Assembly (NCBI GenBank): GCA_027604505.1
Contig: JADIIX010000075.1
Span: 1-64,000 of the forward strand
DNA from: Gonapodya sp. JEL0774
Taxonomy: Eukaryota
Direction of reading: 5' to 3'
DNA: 64,000 nt
A program made the position numbers and the translations under genes. The notes under the pieces are model-generated. The model did not search any database and was not told the DNA's origin. It saw only the letters and a list, made by a program, of their open reading frames with translations. Shown one piece after another: positions 26,011 through 37,571 of the stretch. Each line of letters opens with the position of its first letter. Position 1 is the stretch's first letter.

Positions 26011-26276
26011 GCGTTTTATGATGGGGCAGATTGACCACGTTAGGTTTTTGAGGCCTCGTCCCCAAATATATTACGAGGCCTGTCGGATCTCATCATACAA
26101 GAATGACAATAGTAATCCCCCATTCCTTGTAACGTAAGTCCCTTCAGTCCCGTCGCGAAGAGCAGGTCGGAACACCACAAGTTTTGTAAGTGTATTTTCA
26201 TGGAGAATTCTGCATCACGGTTCTTCCACCCTCACGTACAGCCGGCGATCGAAGTAAAATCGAAGGGACAGCTCTT

Positions 26277-26789
26277 TCAACCCAAATGCCTCTCAGCCTT
26301 CGCGGCTTTCTCCAACTCCCCCTTGTTCGCAGCTCCCTCCGCCTTGTATTCGTCACCGGTCTGTGTTGCAGGCATCATATGACCCACTGTCCTCCGAGAT
26401 GGGATTTTTTACAGTAAGAGCTGCCCCAACACACTGAACCGTCGTGGAAGTTTCATACCTGAACTGAACCTTCCAAGTCATTGCCAGGCTTGCAAGAGTA
26501 AACGCATCAAGGATAAATCAGGATGAAATGAGTTTCCAGAATATCCAACTGGAATCAGCGGGGACACTAACGCCTGTCACTTCTCCTCCAGGCAGGTGAG
26601 AGGACGCGCGCTCCTCTTTCTGAACATTTCCTTTCTTTGCGGTACCTTCAGCTTTTCACTCATGGCCGAGATTGGTGCCAGGTATCTGTAATGAATGTGC
26701 TTTAAAACATGAGAGCCCCGCCTGAAACACTGGGAGTTATCCAAAGTTCTCACAGCGTGTCCAGCAAAACGTTCAGCTGTTCCTGACAT
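26277..26789 (-). pseudogene. Small spliced hydrophilic repeat-protein gene (CsbD/LEA-like) interrupted by an in-frame TGA
   Basis: Reconstruction: MSGTAERFAGHA|IPGTNLGHE*KAEGTAKKGNVQKEERASSHLPGGEVTG|PGNDLEGSVQ|TGDEYKAEGAANKGELEKAAKAERHLG*. Two related KAEG..KG repeats. Internal TGA at 26656-26658. Confidence 0.55.
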
Positions 26790-27159
26790 TATTGTGGGTT
26801 GTGGACGTCCGGTTGAGGTCATCGCTTGGTGACTGTGCACTTTCTGAGGGTTCATTGTGGCGCAAGCCTATGCTGGTTGGGCACTGCTTGTTAATAATAT
26901 CTAATACCAGATACTTTTTGATGTTGGGCTGGCGTATCCTTTATGATCTACGGCGGTGAATATATCTATGAGAACCCGCCTTCTCCGTTCAAAGCTAATT
27001 CAGTCGGTCTCTCGCTTCCAGAATATTATGTAGACAGGCCCTATAGCTAACTACGCCTTTTTTTTTTGTCACTCAGTCTATTGTCGGTAATGTCTGGTTT
27101 GCAAGACGTTTCGGGTTCGGCCAGTCTTGTCGGAGTGAGGACATTCTGGAGGTAGACTG

Positions 27160-27984
27160 ATGAAATCTGCATCGAGACGAATACTTCCCATCATACGCGC
27201 CGTCTCCAATTCCGCTATGTCCACATCCAACGCTGCTTCATCCGCTCCATCTGCGCTCACCGATGGCTTTTCTCAGCACCCCACGAATGGTAATGCCATA
27301 TCTCAAAATTCGACAACGGGCTCAAATCCAGGCATCGTCCAGGCTGTCGGCAATTTGGCTGCAATGCGAATCGACTATAATGAGGGTTTTCTTTTGGAAT
27401 CGAACGCCGCGCCAGACCCGTATACTCAGTTCGCAGCCTGGTTCGCCCACGCCAAGGAAACCTTTCAATACGAGGCGAATGCAATGACGGTCTCGACCGC
27501 ATCTCGTGATGGTCAACCCTCCTCCCGCGTCGTGCTTCTCAAGGGATTCGACTCGCAGGGGTTCGTCTTTTATACCAATTACGATTCTCGCAAAGGGTCT
27601 GAGCTCGAGGAGAACCCGAAAGCTGCCATATCTTTCTGGTGGGGCCAGCGACAGGTGCGCATCGAGGGATCTGTGGCGCGAGTCTCCTCCGCGGAATCGG
27701 ACGAGTACTACGCTTCGCGGCCCCGTGGATCTCGGATCGGTGCGTGGGCTTCTGCGCAGAGTTCCGAAATCTCCCGCGAAGAACTGGATCGCAGAGTACA
27801 GTTCTACGAGGAGAAGTTCAAGGATGGGGAAGTCCCCAGGCCGGACTTTTGGGGCGGTTATAGGGTGATGCCCCACCGCATTGAATTTTGGCAGGGAAGA
27901 CCGTCGAGACTCCATGACAGGCTGGTGTACGAGAAGCAACCGACAGAACCTACCGCCTGGAAGGTAAAGCGGCTTTCTCCGTAA
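27160..27984 (+). CDS. PDX3: Pyridoxamine 5'-phosphate oxidase, intronless
   Basis: 'EANAMTVSTA', 'PSSRVVLLKG', 'FYTNYDSRKG', 'RQVRIEG', 'SRPRGSRIGAWASAQS', 'PRPDFWGGY', 'IEFWQGRPSRLHDR', C-terminal 'RLSP'. Confidence 0.97.
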   Translation: MKSASRRILPIIRAVSNSAMSTSNAASSAPSALTDGFSQHPTNGNAISQNSTTGSNPGIVQAVGNLAAMRIDYNEGFLLESNAAPDPYTQFAAWFAHAKETFQYEANAMTVSTASRDGQPSSRVVLLKGFDSQGFVFYTNYDSRKGSELEENPKAAISFWWGQRQVRIEGSVARVSSAESDEYYASRPRGSRIGAWASAQSSEISREELDRRVQFYEEKFKDGEVPRPDFWGGYRVMPHRIEFWQGRPSRLHDRLVYEKQPTEPTAWKVKRLSP

Positions 27985-28287
27985 GGACAACAGCTCAGGC
28001 TTACTATGAGACTGGTTCGAACATTTCTCTAGAACAATTAGAAGACCGAGTATCTGGAAATCGGACATCCATGAAGAATGATGTATTGTACGTGAAAATT
28101 TCAATTAAACGTGTCACACTTGCTGGTTGTTACGGTCCCTGTTCGTTGCTGGGAAGTAGGGGCCCAGTGTGTCACACGCCATTGTATGTACTTCACTTCG
28201 TTCGTACAATAAGTTGTAAATACCTCTTGCTGCATACAAAGTCCACATAACCAAACTAACAGACGACTGGGACCTCCAAGGCAGGGT

Positions 28288-29875
28288 CTACTTCCGTGCA
28301 GGCACCTTAGCGAACCAATCCACAAACTTGGACGTGATTTCCTTGTCTTCCACCTGATGTATCTGGTAAATATGCACTTTCCCCTTGCCAACCACCTCTT
28401 CCACATCGACTCCCACCCTCCTCAGCGTCGCTGCCAAAAACTTACCATCGTCAGCTAACACTTCGTTCTCACCGTACGACACCTGAGTTGGGGGCCAATC
28501 TCCTCCGGCAAAGTCGCTCGGTTTCGCATACACCGGGGACACCTCGGGGTCGCATAGGATAGCCTCGGGAGTGGATGATGGTCCCACATAGTTTTTAGCG
28601 ACGAGATCGAGAACCTCGTACGTGAATACGTCGTAAGAGAGGTTTGCTGACCAGGATGGTTGTTTGCAAAGGTGAGGGAGGTATAGATCCAGCCTGGTGG
28701 TGAATAGATACGGTCAGCAGAAGTGGGTGACCCGGATGGGAAACACGCCAGCCGGGCCGAGATGCTCTGTACTTACCAGGGAGAAATTGCCATCAGAGAG
28801 GAAGGCAATGGAGTTCCACTGTGACGGCGTTTCAGGGCAAGAGTGACACTCACTGGAGCACGGTGTGGCAAATTAGCGGATGTATACTGATTTTGAGTTC
28901 AAGTTTTGGTGGCGATGCAACGAACCGATCAAGTTACCACCCGCACTGTCTCCGGCTTTGGAAAGAAGTACACATGATTGCTTAGTATCTCATCAAAAAG
29001 TCACGGAATGCGAGTAACGTGGTAAGAAACGCACCAAGTACGATCTTCTTGGGGTCCACACCCTCCTTACCAAGTAGAATTTCCTTGTATACATGCACGA
29101 TCTGGTCCCGAGCAACGGGGAACTGTACTTCTGGACTGAGCGTATAATCAATGCCGACAAATTTGATGGATTTCAGTGGGCCGTGTGGTGCGACGGAAGC
29201 GGTGTACAGGTGCTGTGAGATGCAACGAGTGTACGCGGTGAGACTCGGGGCATACGAAAACTCCCGGTGTACCCACTTTAAAGAAAGGTAGGTAACCCGT
29301 CGTGTGTGCGATGTTGAAGCCACCTCCGTGGACATAAAAGACGAGGACCTTGCTTGGAAATGTCGTTAGTTGGCGCTGCAAGGTTTCAACGGAACGCAAA
29401 ACTTGCATCGAACCTCTACATCCTTTAACGCAACAGATTTATCCCCCACAGTGTGAAGTACGACCTCCCTTTCTCCAATGGTCAATGTTTCTTTCGCATA
29501 CAAGACCGCGTTCCCCGGTTCTTTGGTGAATCCATCTCCAATTAGTTTCTCAGGAATGCTCCAGCGAAGCTGCTGTACTGAAAAGTTTTGGTGAGTCAAG
29601 AGAATCATACGTGCTTGCTGTGAATGTAATCGGAGAAGGGAACAAATATATCCGTCGGACCATTCGAGTGAGATCGGTTTCGCTAACTCTCGGAAACAAG
29701 TCTTACTCACAAACTCCTGAAAGAAGGTGGCGCCAGGCAGGAAGGCACCGAAAACAGCTCGAGATATGGCCACCTTCACGGGAATCGTCAAGAGACCAGA
29801 GATGACGACGAGCCAGAAGTGTGCCGATTCGAGTAAGGGGGACGCGAAAGTTGTCAACCTCAGGTTTGAAATCAT
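28288..29875 (-). CDS. Alpha/beta hydrolase, HSL/Abhydrolase_3 family (lipase/steryl-acetyl-hydrolase-like)
   Basis: 'YVHGGGF' oxyanion motif, 'DYTLSPEVQFP', 'AGDSAGGNL' nucleophile, 'ISPW', 'GENEVLADD', 'KVHIYQ'. Hydrophobic N-terminal segment. Start could be at 29986. Confidence 0.9.
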
Positions 29876-30274
29876 CTTCAGAGCGCTGTTTAATTCTGTA
29901 TAATTGATGGGCAAACAAACGGGTGCACTTTTGTGCGGAGGAGGCACTCCAGGCAAAAGGAATCCAGCCACACGCTTTTGGATCATCCAGAATCTCAGAG
30001 TCTTGTCAACGCCCAGACTGGGAGTTGAGAGACGGAGAAATCATCGCACACTCGGATTTCGGGACCGTCATTGAACGGCGACGGTGCGTGCTTTTTATGA
30101 GCGGGTGATAGTGGGGGACGGTCGGAGTGGTGCTCTTGATTTCCGCCATGCCATCAAAATTGGCTTTTCGCAGCTGGTGCCATGCCGTCTTTGATATTCC
30201 AACGCCATCTTGAACTTCCCATCAGATAGTCTCCTATTTGAACCGCCATTGAAACGCATCATCCTGCCCCGAGA

Positions 30275-32143
30275 ATGTCGAGTATAGACCACCCGAACAA
30301 ACGGCTTATACAGGCCATCGAGGACGGAAAGATCGATCTTATGCAGCGCGCACTAGATGACGGTGCAGATCCTAATGCTCGGAAACGGGTTCACCTGACT
30401 ATCCCGGTCGTGGTCGACACCATTGTCCTGAAGAAGGGAGGTCTCTTTTCGAAGAAACGGCAGGAGGAAGTCATGGAGAGCTACCAGGACTCTCACAGCG
30501 GTGAATCTGCTCTTGGGATTGCTGTAAGTCATCTGTGTTCGAGCCGTCGCTGTGGTTGGGCTGCGTGATGCAAGATATGGAATGGTCCCACAATCTCACT
30601 TCTACGTTACCCCGCCAGGTTCTTTCCGGTCGTGCCGACGTCGTCCAACTCCTTCTCGATGCGGGCGCTAATCCAAATGTCCACGTCGAGTGGCGCATAG
30701 CCGGTTGGGGGGGTGAATGGACCAAAGAGCGCTACGACCGTGAGCGTTGGTCTCTGCGAGTAGACTTCCCCAGCCCCCTTGCGCTCGCCCTCGCTAATGG
30801 AAGGACGCTCAAAATCAATAAGCGAGGTGGTGAGGTCAAGATTGTCAATCCGCTCTCCATGAGTCAGTCTTCGGACGTGATGGAGCTTCGCAGTTCCATC
30901 GAAGTCGTTCGTGTTCTTCTCGAGGGTGGAGCAATGGTCACAACGGCCATGTTGGAGGCAGCACGAGCGATCAAGGACAAGATTTTCATCCAGACCATTG
31001 AGGAGCACCTCGCCTCTGGCGGCGGTGGACCGCCGCAGACCAACCCTGTACCTCCTCCTCGTTCCCTCCCTAAAAAGGGCTCGGCATCTCTTTCTTCAAG
31101 CAACACACTCAATTCCCGTGAGGATAGTGGTAGTCCGCCTGCCCAGCACGTTCGCTCAGAAACCGCGGGCGCATCCTCCACTAACCGTCGGCAACGCACG
31201 TACGAAGAACTAGAAGCGGAGTGCGACGATCTTCGCACTCAAAACACGGAGCTCTCCACTCGTAACTCTGATCTTCAGATTCAAAACCGCCGATTGGCGT
31301 CACAAAATACCCAACTACAGGCTCGTGTGGCGGACCTGGAAAGCCAACTAGGAGCTGCGCGATTAATGAATTCGTCGAACTCTGCACCCACCACACCCGT
31401 GAGCGCCCCGGCGACCTTTGGAAATGGATTCGGAAGCCCGTTGCCGTTTTCTCAAACTACCACCCCGAGCGCCAATGGCGGGGCGGTACCGCTCAAGCAG
31501 GTGCTGTATGCCCACGCAGACTACATGCCTACAAGTCCGGATGAGATCATGCTGGCAAGGGGACAGAACTTGTTCGGGAATGTTAAGTACCCTGATGGTG
31601 AGTATCCGTGTTTCCATATCTCCCCAGGACAAGCCACGGTTAATTAATACTCTCGTTAACCTTCGAAACTTCTTGTGCCGTCTCTAACCAAAAGGATGGA
31701 TATCAGGCATCAACACCACTACTGGGGCCTCTGGCTTGTTCCCCATGACGCATGTCTCCACCTCCTCTCCCTCTGGCAGTCATCAACCATTCCCCCCGCC
31801 CATCGCCCCACAACGCACTTCCTCTGTAGCTTTCTACACCTCCAACCCGTTCTCATCACATTACCGGCCATCCACCCCTTCAACACCGGACCGTCCTACT
31901 ACTCCCTTTGACCTTCCTGCCACTGGTTCAATCTCCCTCGGCGCTCTCTCTCTTACACGTACCTGGTCAAGCCCGGCAGCAGGTTTTGGCTCCGCCCCGT
32001 ATTCGTCGTCGTATGACTCAGGTGCTGCTTTCCCTAAGCCGTTTGCTATGGCACACAATAGTGCTCGGAGTTCCTGGGCAGCTGGTGATGGGTTCGAAGA
32101 TGGGTTTTCGGAGCTCGCTACCCGAAGATCAGTCATGATTTGA
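30275..32143 (+). CDS. Ankyrin-repeat, coiled-coil and SH3 domain protein
   Basis: Ankyrin-like 'ALDDGADPNARK', 'ESALGIA|VLSGRADVVQLLLDAGANPN', 'EVVRVLLEGGA'; heptad coil 'LEAECDDLRTQNTEL...LESQL'; SH3 'YAHADYMPTSPDEIMLARG...D|GWISGINTTTGASGLFPMTHV'. Confidence 0.85.
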
Positions 32144-32441
32144 TGAAGATGTTTTGACCATTGGATGTTGATTGTGGACACGGACGGACACTAACTCCAT
32201 TTTGCTTCCGGGCAGTACCTAGCACTCACTGACAACAGGATCTTTTGAATTGGATGCCCTATGTATGGCGTAACTTTGATGGTCTGGTGTGCTTTGCCTA
32301 ACTGCACTCATGTACAGTTTTATTCTTGAAGAGATAGTGGTTCTCAAGGCAGGCATTTGAAAGCACAATACAATTGGAATTCACAGTATGCGATTATGTG
32401 TGTGAACACGGCGGCGATACGTGACAAACAATTCGGAAAAT

Positions 32442-33350
32442 ATGTTCAATCCAGCAATCATTCGCGCTCTTGCGCGTACCTCGCGTAATGTGATTGCCGA
32501 GTCATCTAGGGCTCCTCAGCTCTGCCGAACGGCGCACTTCTACCATCCCAGTTTCCGTCCGCCAAACAGCTTGGCAAACCATGCGATGGCGTTTGCCGCG
32601 ATCCGCCAGTTTTCTCAATCTTCACCGCTGATGCAGCGCTTGCTGCCTGCGAACGAAGAGATTGAACGGGTCCTACTCTCCCGCTTTAATCAGCACTCGT
32701 CTTTGACCAATCCGGCAGAGGTGGATCCCTCCGGTCCGCCATTCACGGTGGATATCGTCGCGGATGGTGGTAACCGAGTGGGACCAATAACTTTGGAGGA
32801 GGCGTTGAAGTTGACGAAAGAGAAAGGTCCTGGTTACGAGTTGGTCCTCGTGAATGCCCGCGTAAACCCACCAATATGCAGGTTGAGAGCGGTTGCACCG
32901 GACAAGAAAGTGGCTGAAGAACCTTGGAAGAGTACTACGAAAGTGAACAATTTATCGGGACCAACTAGCCCACAGGGATTGAAAGCGGACTCCCAGCCTT
33001 CTGGTGCGAATGTGATGAGCACTGGAAGACCCTCCGAAAAAGTTCCTCGTGCGAACACTTCTTCCAAGCCAGCCAACGCACAGAAAGAAGCAAAGGAACT
33101 CCAAATGGGGACTGGTATATCTAAAAACGATCTCTACAGAAAAGTAGAACTCGCACGCGGCTGGCTAGAAAGTAATAAGCGAGTCCTCATCAAGGTTGTG
33201 GACAAGCACAAAGGGATGCCAGGTGGTGGGGCAGTGAACCAGGAGAAGGTTATCCGAAGTGTCATAAAGGATCTCTCGGACGTCGGCGTGCTCGTTGGTC
33301 AACTGAGGAGGGAAGGTTTGAAGACTCTGGTGGAAATGAAGAAAAAATAA
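32442..33350 (+). CDS. Mitochondrial translation initiation factor IF-3, intronless
   Basis: Arg-rich presequence-like N-terminus; IF3-N 'PANEEI...GPITLEEALKL...ELVLVNARVNPPICRL'; IF3-C 'KELQMGTGISKNDLYRKVELARGWLESNKRVLIKV'. Confidence 0.85.
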   Translation: MFNPAIIRALARTSRNVIAESSRAPQLCRTAHFYHPSFRPPNSLANHAMAFAAIRQFSQSSPLMQRLLPANEEIERVLLSRFNQHSSLTNPAEVDPSGPPFTVDIVADGGNRVGPITLEEALKLTKEKGPGYELVLVNARVNPPICRLRAVAPDKKVAEEPWKSTTKVNNLSGPTSPQGLKADSQPSGANVMSTGRPSEKVPRANTSSKPANAQKEAKELQMGTGISKNDLYRKVELARGWLESNKRVLIKVVDKHKGMPGGGAVNQEKVIRSVIKDLSDVGVLVGQLRREGLKTLVEMKKK

Positions 33351-33709
33351 CGGAGCATGCGTTTAAAAAGGAGAGAGTCAGGCGGCAAACTCATGTCGTG
33401 GCAAGTGCACAACAATTACAATTGTGACTTATACACGTCTCCTGCACAGTGTTGATGTTCCTGCCGTCCTCTACGTCCACCTGAGAGTAGATGGCGGCAT
33501 TTTGCTGCTTACGTCTCAGGTCTTAAAATTAATCTATGTATTTCAGAGAAGGGTGTGGTTTCTGTCCCCAGCCGTGAGGGATCTGGTTTGGCACTTGACA
33601 GCGTTCCAAAATACAAACGAAGTGGATGCTCAAAACACACAACAATGCCTGAAGAATCCCCGCAAGCTAACTTCCTTGTGAAGGCTACACGTAAGTTCTG
33701 CTCCGTAGC

Positions 33710-34882
33710 TTGAGGTTTCAACGCCATCGTCTAAAGAGGAAACACTCAGCAGTCCAAACTGGCCCACAGTGTATCGAGAACTCTAACCTTGTATCTGGAG
33801 AGGTAAGCAACATGACACTGCTGTGGAAAAGGAACTTCTTTAAACGCCACTTCCTGCGTATGTGGCATCCCGCGTGTCGGCGCCCGGATTGTGTGGTTGA
33901 GAAGACTATGAAAGATGGGATCGCCGTGAATTCCTCAGAATTGGAAGAAAACCAGGAAGCATCACCGCTTCCTACCAGAGAACCCGATCCCCTCATCGCG
34001 GGGGAGTGGGATGGAAACCAGGACACGGCATCATCATTGGATAGTGAACATTCTCCTGCAGGGGATCACAATGCATCAACGCAAGAGGAAACAGACGACT
34101 TCATTCTCGCTGAAGCGAAGTTAAATGTGCAAACTGCAACACCTTTGGTCCCAAGTGAAGAATGCGCGTCTGAGGAGGAGCAAATGCCCAAGGATATCGG
34201 TTTAGAAAAGGAGAGTGCCACAGAACTCTTACCTGTAAGAGGAGATGAACTGTCGTTGAAGGAGGAAACGCGAACAGAGAACGAAAGCGGGAACACCACA
34301 GAGGCCGTCCCTGAATATAGACCAGCCAGGGAGGACAGACACAACACAACAGAGAAAGAAGAAACACCCAAACTCATGCTGGTCAATGATGTCGGTCACA
34401 TTCAACCTCTCCCAGCACAACAAAAACCGCTCCCTGTCATAAAGCCAGAGAAACCATTACCACCGACACCAGACAAAGTAGCCTTACAAGCATCGACGGA
34501 GAAACAAGTGAAATCCTCGATTCATATTCCCTATGAATACCTCGATGAAGGAGCTGGTGATGATACACCCGAACTTGCGCGGATCCATGCTGCCGACAGA
34601 CAGGTGGATGAAGCCGACTTGACGCATCGGGCTGTGGGAAACGAGGATGATCGAGCCGATGAACTGAAGAAACAGGGTTTCACTTATGTGCCTCAACCCG
34701 CCGAAGGACTGCCACCCCCTGTCCCACCAAAAGATGTGGAAGGAAGGAAGCGGGATGCGATTCTTACATCCGATTCCAAGCAAGACGTTGAGAAGGAAAA
34801 TTTACACCGTGCGCCTCCTACCCCCAAGAAGAACGAAAGCTGGTGGCGGTGGTCCGGAGCTGTTGGAGGGAAATCTCGTTAA
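33710..34882 (+). CDS. Hypothetical acidic/proline-rich protein; 5' exons uncertain
   Basis: 390-codon open frame rich in E/D/P with PxxP motifs ('EKPLPPTP', 'LPPPVPPK'). No recognisable domain. Confidence 0.5.
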   Translation: MRFQRHRLKRKHSAVQTGPQCIENSNLVSGEVSNMTLLWKRNFFKRHFLRMWHPACRRPDCVVEKTMKDGIAVNSSELEENQEASPLPTREPDPLIAGEWDGNQDTASSLDSEHSPAGDHNASTQEETDDFILAEAKLNVQTATPLVPSEECASEEEQMPKDIGLEKESATELLPVRGDELSLKEETRTENESGNTTEAVPEYRPAREDRHNTTEKEETPKLMLVNDVGHIQPLPAQQKPLPVIKPEKPLPPTPDKVALQASTEKQVKSSIHIPYEYLDEGAGDDTPELARIHAADRQVDEADLTHRAVGNEDDRADELKKQGFTYVPQPAEGLPPPVPPKDVEGRKRDAILTSDSKQDVEKENLHRAPPTPKKNESWWRWSGAVGGKSR

Positions 34883-36010
34883 GAAGGGACCAACCTCTCG
34901 CAACATAATTCCACAAGTAATATCCGTTTCGGATTGTAATCTCACTTTATGACCAAGCACCACAGTTATTACAAAAGTTTGCATTCGGCCTTGTTCGTTA
35001 GAGCCTGTCACAGTGGTTCAACGCTACGAACACTGGCTCTGACTTGTGTTTCCGAGCACCAGAAGATTTCATTTCTGAAAAAGAGATTCCCCAGGTTGTC
35101 TCTGGTGTGTGCAGAAAATGTTGAGTTGTATTCGAAGAGATGCGAGTAATGACACAGTCGATGCTCGCTATGATTCTTCCTGTTTTAGAGGAACGGGAAA
35201 CCATTTCCCTTGTCGATTATGTAAATTTGGTTTTATTAAAATTAATTCTGGAATTCTTGTACATGTAAGAGTTTTGTTTGTGCCTTTTTTTCTCTACCTG
35301 AAGCTGATTACTGGGAGGACTCCCAGGACTCCCGCGCCACCATCTCTGCCACACACACAAGGGCAACGGCTCAACTGCAGGTTCGTTCCCGCTCTCGATT
35401 TATTTATACTCTTCACCCGTACAGCCGTCGGCCGGCGATGGCCCCCTGGTGCTTGATGTTGTGTTCATCGAGGGCTTGCTGGACATTGTTAGTCCGGCGA
35501 AGGTTGAAGGCGCTTAGAAGACATCAGCGGCCAGCCACTGAAATGAAAGCGGGATCTTGCTTAGTTTCTGACGGGTCTTGGAGAGTTCTGAGTTCTGAGA
35601 TATCCCTGGCATTTGCATGCTGTGTCGCATTGTGTACCTAGAGCACAGGTCCCATTCGGAAGGCACAACTTGCAACACAATCGTTTCACACCTCCAACGA
35701 ACACCTAGATATGGCGAGCATTTCGCGAAAAGCAAAGATGATAAGCTACGAAAAGATTGGGTTGACACGAAAGGACATTTCGAGTGAGTTGCCTTGTCGT
35801 CCATCGCACAAATTACGAAGTTGGCCATCGACTTCACAACAGGGTCAAGATTTCACCTAACTGTGTACACGTCCTTTGCTTTGAATCTTTTCCTTTCTAT
35901 AACTAGACAGTCCTCAATTCCCGGAATCACTTCGTCACTTTGACACAACCGACACCACCCACTATTCCGTGGCTGAGTTCTTCTCTTATCTTATCACTCA
36001 AGCCCGCATC

Positions 36011-37355
36011 ATGGACGCTCAAGATTTCGAAGATGAACTGGGATCTGACGAGCTCGGAAACACTCACAAGAATCACGGTATAGGTCCGTTGGAAATGGCT
36101 GCGCTGACCTTTGTCGGTAAATACGAGGCAGTGGCAAAGGCACATGCTGCACAGCTTATGGGAGTGAAGAGCATGGGGGTAGACCTGGGGTTAACTCATG
36201 ACGGGGACGAATTGGTGGATGACGATGGTGGGCTCGACGAGAATGGAGGGGACGACGACCACGAAAACCATGACCATGTAGATGCTGCACACCACGCGGC
36301 TTTCGATGGGATTGACGCGCTACACCGAGCGGCTTTGCAAACACCATCGGGTAGTGTCTCCCTCGCTGAAGCTGCGCAACACGCTGCAGCAGCCAACGGA
36401 GCAGGTGGCGCTGCGGCAGGTGTACCTCAGTTCTTTGTTGTAACCACGAATCCGGCGACGGGCATGATGAGTGCAGTTCCAGCGGGAAGCTTGGCGCTCA
36501 ATGTCGGAAGTGCAGGGTCCACTCCGGTGATTGTTTCCCGAGGGTCGCAGGGTCAAGCGCTTGTGTTTGACTCATCAGGTCTTACTGGCGCGGACGGGTC
36601 GAGGTTCGAGAAGAAGAAGGGAAAGCACGAGTGCACATATCCGAACTGCGGGAGGTTTTTCACGAGGGCGAGTAACTTGAGGTCCCATGTGAGAATATGG
36701 TGGGTATCACTCTACTTTACTTCGCAGCCGCCTTGCGCGTAGCGTGACACAGCAAGCGCTTGGACTGCGTTTGAGAATTTGTCAACTCAACGACATTTTC
36801 CAATTATGCTTCCTTCAGCCACGAAGGGGAAAAAATGTTCCCGTGCGAACACTGTGACCTCAAATTCAGCAGGAAGCATGATGTTGTCCGGTGAGCCGTA
36901 GAGTTATGTCTTACTGTGCGTCGACCGTATCCTAACTTTTTTCCCAACCACCGGCTCACAGACACCAATCAGTACACACCGGAGAAAAACCTCACGGGTG
37001 CCCGCATGGGTGCGACCGATCGTTCTCGAGGGAAGACGCACTGCAACGGCACATCAAGGCGAAGCACCCCGACAAGGTGCAAATGCTTCACGTAGACCCC
37101 CAGCAACAGGACGTTCAGCAACAGATGGACCCATCTCAGTATCAAATGTCGCGGGAGGAAGTGAATGCGTCGCTCTCCGCCCTAGTGCACGCGGTTCGAA
37201 TGGGTGCACCATTGACCTTTTTCCCCGGATCTTATGCCAACTTCTCTGGGAGTCAAGTCGGTGTACAGGTGATGGGACAGGTGGACCGAGGGGATGATGG
37301 GCAAGAGGAGGTGCAACTGGACGATGGGGACGCTGTCGGCGATGACCGTGTCTGA
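36011..37355 (+). CDS. C2H2 zinc-finger transcription factor, three fingers
   Basis: 'HECTYPNCGRFFTRASNLRSHVRI|HEGEKMFPCEHCDLKFSRKHDVVR|HQSVHTGEKPHGCPHGCDRSFSREDALQRHIKAKH' reconstructed across two introns. Confidence 0.9.
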
Positions 37356-37571
37356 AGGAATAGCCGGAGTGAACCGCACTTGCAACCAATTAATCTTTCT
37401 TTCTTCTGATTTTGTGCAAATATATTAAGTCGAGAATGTATTTTGTTGTTTGCGAAAGTGCCCAACTTCATCACAAGTTTGGACTGCGAATCAACCCTCT
37501 TTTTTCGGCGCACAAACCCGTCCCCAACCCTGAAGTTCTCCCAACGCATCACCAACAGCATCGAATCTGTC

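Noticed and set aside
27322..28104. 260-aa minus-strand ORF
   Set aside because: Antisense to the GC-rich PDX3 coding sequence; no protein-like motifs.
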